In this document: piece by piece, positions 56,600 to 64,000 of the stretch
Position numbering within the stretch: the first letter of the stretch is position 1
Layout of the letters: every line of letters starts with the position of its first letter
Source of the DNA: Eledone cirrhosa
Lineage: Eukaryota
Reading direction: 5' to 3'
DNA length: 64,000 bases
Assembly (NCBI GenBank): GCA_964016885.1
Contig: OZ024751.1
Coordinates: 23,994,001-24,058,000, forward strand
Notes under the pieces: generated by a model
The model's input: the letters and a program-made list of their open reading frames with translations, nothing else
Told to the model about the DNA's origin: nothing
Databases searched by the model: none
Position numbers and translations under genes: made by a program

Positions 56600-56942
56600 C
56601 TACTACAATCTTCTTACACCACCTTCTTCTTCTCACCTGTCTATTTTTCACTCCCACCCTAGTACCTTCAATATGCCCAATCTCAAATCTTTTCTCCGTC
56701 AGCTCCCTTCTACTCTCAAGCGCTTCCTAAGAGATGTCAAAATGAATGGACCTTTTATCTAAAGACATTTTTTCCAATTCCAACCCGCCCGTCCCCTCAA
56801 TCTATCTTATATCTCATTCTTTCTTTTGATGAAGGACTAGCGTCCGAAACGTTAAGACCCACTTTCTGCTATGTCAAGCGTTAACCTAATATATCCCTTC
56901 CATGTACTGTACCGATTGTGTTGTTATTTCTGTTTACCTTTT
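56600..56942 (+). mobile_element. PLE 3' end (decayed endonuclease tail plus HHR), copy 1
   Basis: EWTFYLKTFFP-like tail; TCTT-tTGATGA-A-GGAC tagc GTCC-GAAAC-GTT-AAGA at 56822-56857; similar to 59115-59344. Confidence 0.7.
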
Positions 56943-58204
56943 ACACACACACACACAAACACGCACACACACAAGCACACACACACACGAACACGTATAT
57001 ATATAAATATATATATATATATAAGACAATATGTCAGACTGAATGAATTTGCAACAACTCAGCTGTTACCCACTTCCTCAACTCAACTGATATACACAAC
57101 GTAATCCTGAATTTGGAATCTCGACTCTAACGCAAATTAAATTTTATACACTTTTTTATTCATATTTTTATACATATTCTTTACACTTATTTTTCTTTAT
57201 AAATCTTATACCTACTTTTATTAGCTTCAATCATTGGAATGCACCATGATGAAGCATCAATGAAGGTATTTATTTATCCATATCGATCTCAAATATTTAT
57301 CGATCTCTATGTTTTTACTATTTATCCCTTTCCATTTACTTCTCTTTTTCTCTCTTTTTATCGTAAATAAAAACCATTATTACACCTGCTTGAAAAATTT
57401 TTTAAGCCAAATATAGAAGGTATTGTTGGTGAAGATATGAAGGAATTCTTTATAACTATTGAAAGTGAGAGGAAAAGAGATATAGAGAAAGAATCAACAT
57501 TTTTTGTTTCTGTTCACCTCGAAAGAATGAAAGGCAAATTTGACTAGAGCAAGGAAGCTTTGAACTCAAAGCGCAGGAAACCAGAACGATTATAATAAAA
57601 TATTCTATTTTACTTTTTAACGACTCTACCACTTCACCATATATGGTGGCTGTAGGGTGGATCTCAGACATTTATTTAAATTCAACGTGATATTTTTTAC
57701 TACTCTTTTTATTTTGACTACGTGTTATTTTTTAAACATTTATTACGCTATTTATTTCCTTGCTATCATATCAGTCAGGTTCTGCCGATCGAATAGATGA
57801 ACCACTTATTTTCTCACTTTCATGACAAAGCTGATATAATATATTGCATTGCTGCATTTGACAGCACTATTTTGAACAGGGTTAAACACGGTTTATTTAT
57901 ATAATGTGAAATGGAATATTCCATTTAGATACTCTGGACAACAATAATTATTTAGCTAGGAAATAATTGCAGCTCACATGACATGTTATTCTGTTTCTTT
58001 CTAGCATGTCATTCATGTTTTCCCCCTTGCCCCCACTAAGATATCCACACGGATAGATTTCATTGTTGAGATAGTATAGTTTCAAATTAATTTCATTAGG
58101 GTACAGAGTTTCACTCCATTGGGTTCCAATTTCAAATCCCACAAGTATCAATGATATTATTGGAATCGATTCAGTCCTCTGCACACAAATAGAGGCTATT
58201 CGCT

Positions 58205-58413
58205 GGATTGGCAGTATCGGTAGAGCACCGGCCAACCTGTTTGTAGCATAGAGTTACGGCCCTTTACGTTCTGAGTTCAAATCCCACCGAGATTAACTTT
58301 GCCTTTTATTCTTACGGGGTTCGATAAATTGAACCATCAGTAATGCACTGGAGTCGATTAAATCGACTTTCCTCTCCCCCCAAATTGCTGGCCTTGTGCC
58401 TAAATAAAAACAA
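58205..58413 (+). mobile_element. Nin/Deu-type SINE
   Basis: Head, B-box, core and tail present. Confidence 0.8.
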
Positions 58414-58546
58414 TTAATTGTTTCATGAAAGGAGTTTCTATAGAACAATGCTTCCCAACCCTTTTACTTTCAAAGCCTCCTTCATTTCTTTAATGAATTA
58501 TCCCTCATACCTGCTGCTACAACTGCTACCCACACAGATTATTATG

Positions 58547-58715
58547 TAGAGGGTCTGGCACCATGCTTTGCAGCAAAGAGTCACGCCTCTTTATGGTCTG
58601 AGTTCAAATCCCGCCGAGGTTAACTTTGCCTTTCATCCTTACAGGTTCGATAAAATAAAGCACCAGTAATACACTGGGATAATTGCTGGCCTTGTACCAA
58701 AAGTAGAAACAATTA
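58547..58715 (+). mobile_element. Nin/Deu-type SINE, 5'-truncated
   Basis: B-box, core and tail present. Confidence 0.8.
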
Positions 58716-59038
58716 TTATACAGTGAGAGTATAATCGAGAGAACTGAATCTCCACACTAAATAGTTATGAGGGTCGCTACCAGTTAAGGTTTTCCACACA
58801 GTATATCACGTTGATTATGTTTGTTTTCGTGATGTATATGACTCCAGCATCTGCATTTGACTAATTGACAACTACTGTGCCTCCAGATGCACCAACAGTA
58901 TGTTCGGTAGGGATTGAACTCGTTTACGTCTATTTCGACAGCCGAAGACTGCAGACCATATGCATATATTTCCAATTTTACTGCTTGGATATAGATGTAA
59001 TACATGTACACAAACACACGCATATGTATGTATATATG

Positions 59039-59109
<71 letters not shown>

Positions 59110-59223
59110 ATATATCCAAGAGATTGTCAACATGATTGGACCTGTTATTTTTATCTAAAGACATGTTTTCCAATTCCACACCACCCGTCCACGTCCTTTT
59201 AATCTAACTTATTTCTCATTCTT

Positions 59224-59259
59224 TCCTCTGATGAAGGACTAGCGTCCGAAACGTTAGGA
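59224..59259 (+). ncRNA. Canonical minimal type I hammerhead ribozyme in PLE 3' end copy 2 (59115-59344)
   Basis: TCCT-CTGATGA-A-GGAC tagc GTCC-GAAAC-GTT-AGGA. Confidence 0.85.
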
Positions 59260-59340
59260 CCCTCTTCCTGCTATTTCAATCATTAACTTAATATATTCAT
59301 TCCATATACTGTACCGATTGTATTACTATTTCTGTTTACC

Positions 59341-59419
<79 letters not shown>

Positions 59420-59424
<5 letters not shown>

Positions 59425-59997
59425 AGGATGAATATAAAATGAAAGTGCTTTTGTTAAAAAAGGAATTTATTAGGTATTGACATATGTTTCTGTAACAGAC
59501 CGAATACCTATGTATCGCTGCTTGCGTAATCATATAATGTTAGCAAGTATTCGATAGCAAATGTATAATCAGTTGTCACTTCTTCAGAGATTTTGGGATT
59601 TGAACTCAGAACGTAAAGGGCCGTAACTCTATGCTACAAACAGGTTGGCCGGTGCTCTACCGATACTGCCAATCCAGCGAATAGCCTCTATTTGTGTGCA
59701 GAGGACTGAATCGATTCCAATAATCTCTGAAGAAGTGACAACTGATTATACATTTGCTATCGAATACTTGCTAACATTATATGATTACGCAAGCAGCGAT
59801 ACATAGGTACATTCGGTCTGTTACAGAAACATATGTCAATACCTAATAAATTCCTTTTTTAACAAAAGCACTTTCATTTTATATTCATCCTTTCTACATT
59901 TCTCCGGAATATAATTTATACTCGTTGAGCAAACCTGCACGTACGCTGTTCATCTCTAATGTAACGATATATTATCACTACATTATTGATAACCTGA

Positions 59998-60000
<3 letters not shown>
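59420..60000. mobile_element. Inverted-repeat HHR cassette with captured local spacer
   Basis: 59420-59592 is inverted with 59722-59896; CTGAAGA-A-GTGACA...TGTTAC-A-GAAA-CATATG-TC; spacer 59594-59724 equals the reverse complement of 58156-58286. Confidence 0.9.
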
Positions 60001-60029
<29 letters not shown>

Positions 60030-60259
60030 TAAATAATCAAAGCTCGATGGCTGGGCTGTTGTCGTTTCGGAGGTAAGTTCCAGTATAGAATTTTCTGTCG
60101 AAACGACACGAGCTCTGCCCATGGGACTTGGCTCTTTGCTATATTTACAGTCTACTTCCCACGTATTCAGTACTCTGCTGAATAATGGTCTTACTAGTTT
60201 CAAACAGGTATATTCCGCATCTTATTCTGTCTCTCTCTCGCTCTCTCTTTCTCTCTCTG

Positions 60260-60385
<126 letters not shown>

Positions 60386-60481
60386 TGTGTGTGTGTTCGT
60401 GCCAATACAATCTGCACACTACAGCTGCCTTAACTCTGGAATATAAACCAACACGAGACGGACCTCGAAGCTGTAGTTACA

Positions 60482-60556
<75 letters not shown>

Positions 60557-60676
60557 CTTTAATGCGTAGAACTATCCAAAACCCCAGCAGACAACTGATG
60601 GAGGAAAACCTTCTCCGGTTCATGCCTTCTTATTATTATAAGTATACCTTATCAAGCAACTACACAGCCTCCTCTC

Positions 60677-60731
<55 letters not shown>

Positions 60732-60732
60732 C

Positions 60733-61140
60733 TAAATGGAAACTATATTTATAAAACCATAATTATTTTATTATATATATTTCAAGGGCAACCAAGATGA
60801 ATTATGGTGCGCTTTCATCAAATAAAATACAGATTCGTTTTATAAATAAATATTGACATACCCGGAAAAAAGACAACCTCAACCAATGGTTGTCTTTTTT
60901 CCGGGTATGTCAATATTTATTTATAAAACAAATCTGTATTTTATCTGATGAAAGCGCACCATAATTTATCTTGGTTGCCCTTGAAATATATATAATAAAA
61001 TAATTATGGTTTTATAAATATAGTTTCCATTTATTAATATATTGTATAGTTACTCCACTTACTTCTTGAGTGCTTTATATCAGTTATAAAAATGTTTAAG
61101 CTTGTTGAATCCCAACAAATTAAATATAACCTCTGCACAT
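60733..61140. mobile_element. Palindromic HHR cassette
   Basis: Arms 60733-60878 and 60888-61033; HHR from 60938; single-copy extension to 61140. Confidence 0.85.
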
Positions 61141-61775
61141 ATATATATATATAATATATTTACTTGTAAATGTTAATATGCATATTCCTAGTATTCCGAA
61201 TTAGGTTAGCTGAGATGTGCCAAAACTAATTGGTTTCAATGGACCAATGAAACAATGCAGAATAGATTTATATATTGTCGTCCAAGGCTGCTTCTCAAAT
61301 TTGAATATTTTTCTTACAATAGCTTAGCAATGTAATGTCATTATTGTTATCATCATCATTATTATTATTATTATTATTATTACAGTTGCATTTATCTTGC
61401 TTTATGTTCATACGAGTTATCACCAAGTCACAACCAGTGACTATTTCTGGAGTTCAGAAATAGCCATCGAAACGGCTTGACCTCTGCCATCGGGATCTTG
61501 AACATTTTCCTATATATATATATGGAGAAAGAGCGCGAGAGGTCATGATTTTACCAGTTTTAATCTAGTTGAATACCCGATACTTGGGAAAGTAGAATGT
61601 AACTATATAAGAGAGAGAGAGAGTCGGTGTGTGTGTGCTTAGAACATTGAAAATAAAATATATATATTTGTAACCCAACTAGGAAAGCATCACTTTCGTT
61701 ATCCTCATATACGATGGCATTAAATATATCCTACACGACATATAATCTCACTGAACACAGGAACTACAAGATTCT

Positions 61776-61821
<46 letters not shown>

Positions 61822-62021
61822 AATATATACATGAACACATATACACACACACAAATATATACATGAACACATATAAACACACATTTTTTCAATAATGTCG
61901 CTTTGACGAATCAAAGAAAGGAAAACAAAGAAAAACAGACCCTTAAATATATCTCCCGTGCTATTTCCAACTTCACCTTTTCTCTATATCCACTGTTTTG
62001 TATAGAACCTTACTTCCCTTT

Positions 62022-62384
<363 letters not shown>

Positions 62385-62442
62385 CCTACATAGAGAGAGG
62401 GAGATAGAAAGAGATAGAGAGATAGAGAGATTAATAGACAGA

Positions 62443-62443
62443 C

Positions 62444-62528
<85 letters not shown>
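62443..62528. repeat. (GATA)n microsatellite
   Basis: Direct inspection. Confidence 0.95.
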
Positions 62529-63452
62529 TAACGCAGATCCGTGTAACGTAGATTTTATGTGTATGTATAAATACGTACCTTTAACAACTGTTATAATAAC
62601 GAAATAACTTATTTAAGAAGCATTACAAGATAAATCATATACGGCATTAATCAAACCAACTAACAATACGCAGTTATACATTTATAATTTCAAATATAGC
62701 CTACGAATGACATATGTTAGCAGGCCTATATCCGTTTTTAGGCACTCCTGTTTATGCTCATTGTTTGAACGTACTCTTGTCTCCTCCATATTTTAAAATT
62801 ACTGTCGAAATTTTGGTCGTTGTTATTCATATGTAATATTAATTCCCTTGCTTGCTTAATCACCTGTCTTTTGTTCGTACGATTTTGACATTTACGCAAT
62901 TAATGTAACCATCATTTAGCATTAACCAGCTCTTTTATCTTAATTTCAGTCCCATTCTGGTCACTGTCCATCGTATAAACTTCGCCTCTTCCCTTCTTTT
63001 ATCTCTCCAAATTTGACCAATTCCATATAAACTTTTCATACCCTCCAATGGAATGTTAATGCTCAGCTACCACTACCCATTACTTTCCAGTTTTTGTGAG
63101 TTTAGAACTTAACACCTTTACAATGTAATTACTTTAGTTTCAACACACCGTCTCCAATCAAGTCATTTGCCAGAGAAATTACAATTCAACAAAAAAAAAA
63201 TCTGAGTTATATAAGTAAATATACCAATAGTACTTATCTAATTTTTACTTCAACATCTATAAATATCCTAAAATGGTTGACGAAAATTTTCATTCGCATA
63301 AGATTAAAACTGTTTAAAATTATCAAATTTCAACACCAATATCTTTCTCTTTCTTTCACTCCCCTGCTTTCTCTTTCTCTCTCCCTCTATCTCTCTCTTC
63401 CCTATCTTTCTCTAACTTTATATATATATATAATTATACTAGCTGTTGAAAG

Positions 63453-63529
<77 letters not shown>

Positions 63530-63552
63530 ATAAGTGTGTATGTATATATATA

Positions 63553-63690
63553 TAACAAAGGAATTGTGGTAAGGAACCAGATGGACCATAACGCACCAGA
63601 GTACTCAATACTTAGGGTAGTAGAGTGGGAAATAGGAAAAAGTATGACCCCGACGGCAGAGCTGAAGCCGTTTCGACGGCTATTTCTGGA
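63553..63690 (-). mobile_element. Family X single arm, truncated inside putative HHR stem II
   Basis: Matches 39831-39932 and 43624-43757; ends at GTTTCGACGGCTATTTCTGGA. Confidence 0.8.
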
Positions 63691-64000
63691 GGAGCCCCAT
63701 AGCGTATCATTCTATATTTAGTTGTGGTCGGTGTGTGTCGGTTTGTATGTATTGCTTTTGTGCATACACTTTCAGGCTTATATCGCCACATGAATGGGTT
63801 GGGTACAAACCTCAAGAATGAGGTTAACTTTGCCTTTCATCCATTGGAGGTCGATAAAAAGAAAAGTACCAGTCAAGTACTGGGTCGATTCTTCCACAGT
63901 GTCTCTTTCTAATTTCCCTTCTACTACACTCTATCCTTCCCTGGAAGATATCTGCTGTACTTAAACCTGGACAGGAGTTGGGCTTCGCTATGTTTTTAAA

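Noticed and set aside
59420-59896. CRISPR-like repeat-spacer unit
   Set aside because: Repeats are inverted and ~170 bp, there is a single spacer, no cas genes, and the context is eukaryotic; better explained by templated insertion

Overview
AT-rich eukaryotic non-coding DNA, most likely from a cephalopod (Octopus-like). That assignment is inferred from the SINE types and the extreme (TA)n/(CA)n/(GA)n load. I found no host gene I can support, and almost all listed ORFs are microsatellite translations. The window is a retroelement graveyard containing: many tRNA-head Nin/Deu-domain SINEs and CORE-type SINEs; RTE-, R4/Dong- and CRE-like LINE remnants; two mariner-type MITEs; and one 5'-truncated Penelope-like element (PLE; RT plus C-terminal GIY-YIG, 46420-48747). 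The dominant signal is more than 20 type I hammerhead-ribozyme (HHR) motifs from roughly a dozen distinct sequence families, almost all in short cassettes inserted in (TA)n tracts. Many cassettes are long head-to-head palindromes in which the HHR reads outward and the axis usually lies in or just 5' of the ribozyme. One palindrome (59420-59896) carries as its spacer an exact 131-bp reverse-complement copy of DNA about 1.3 kb upstream (58156-58286), indicating templated capture of local sequence. All alignments and folds were done by eye, so boundaries are approximate.
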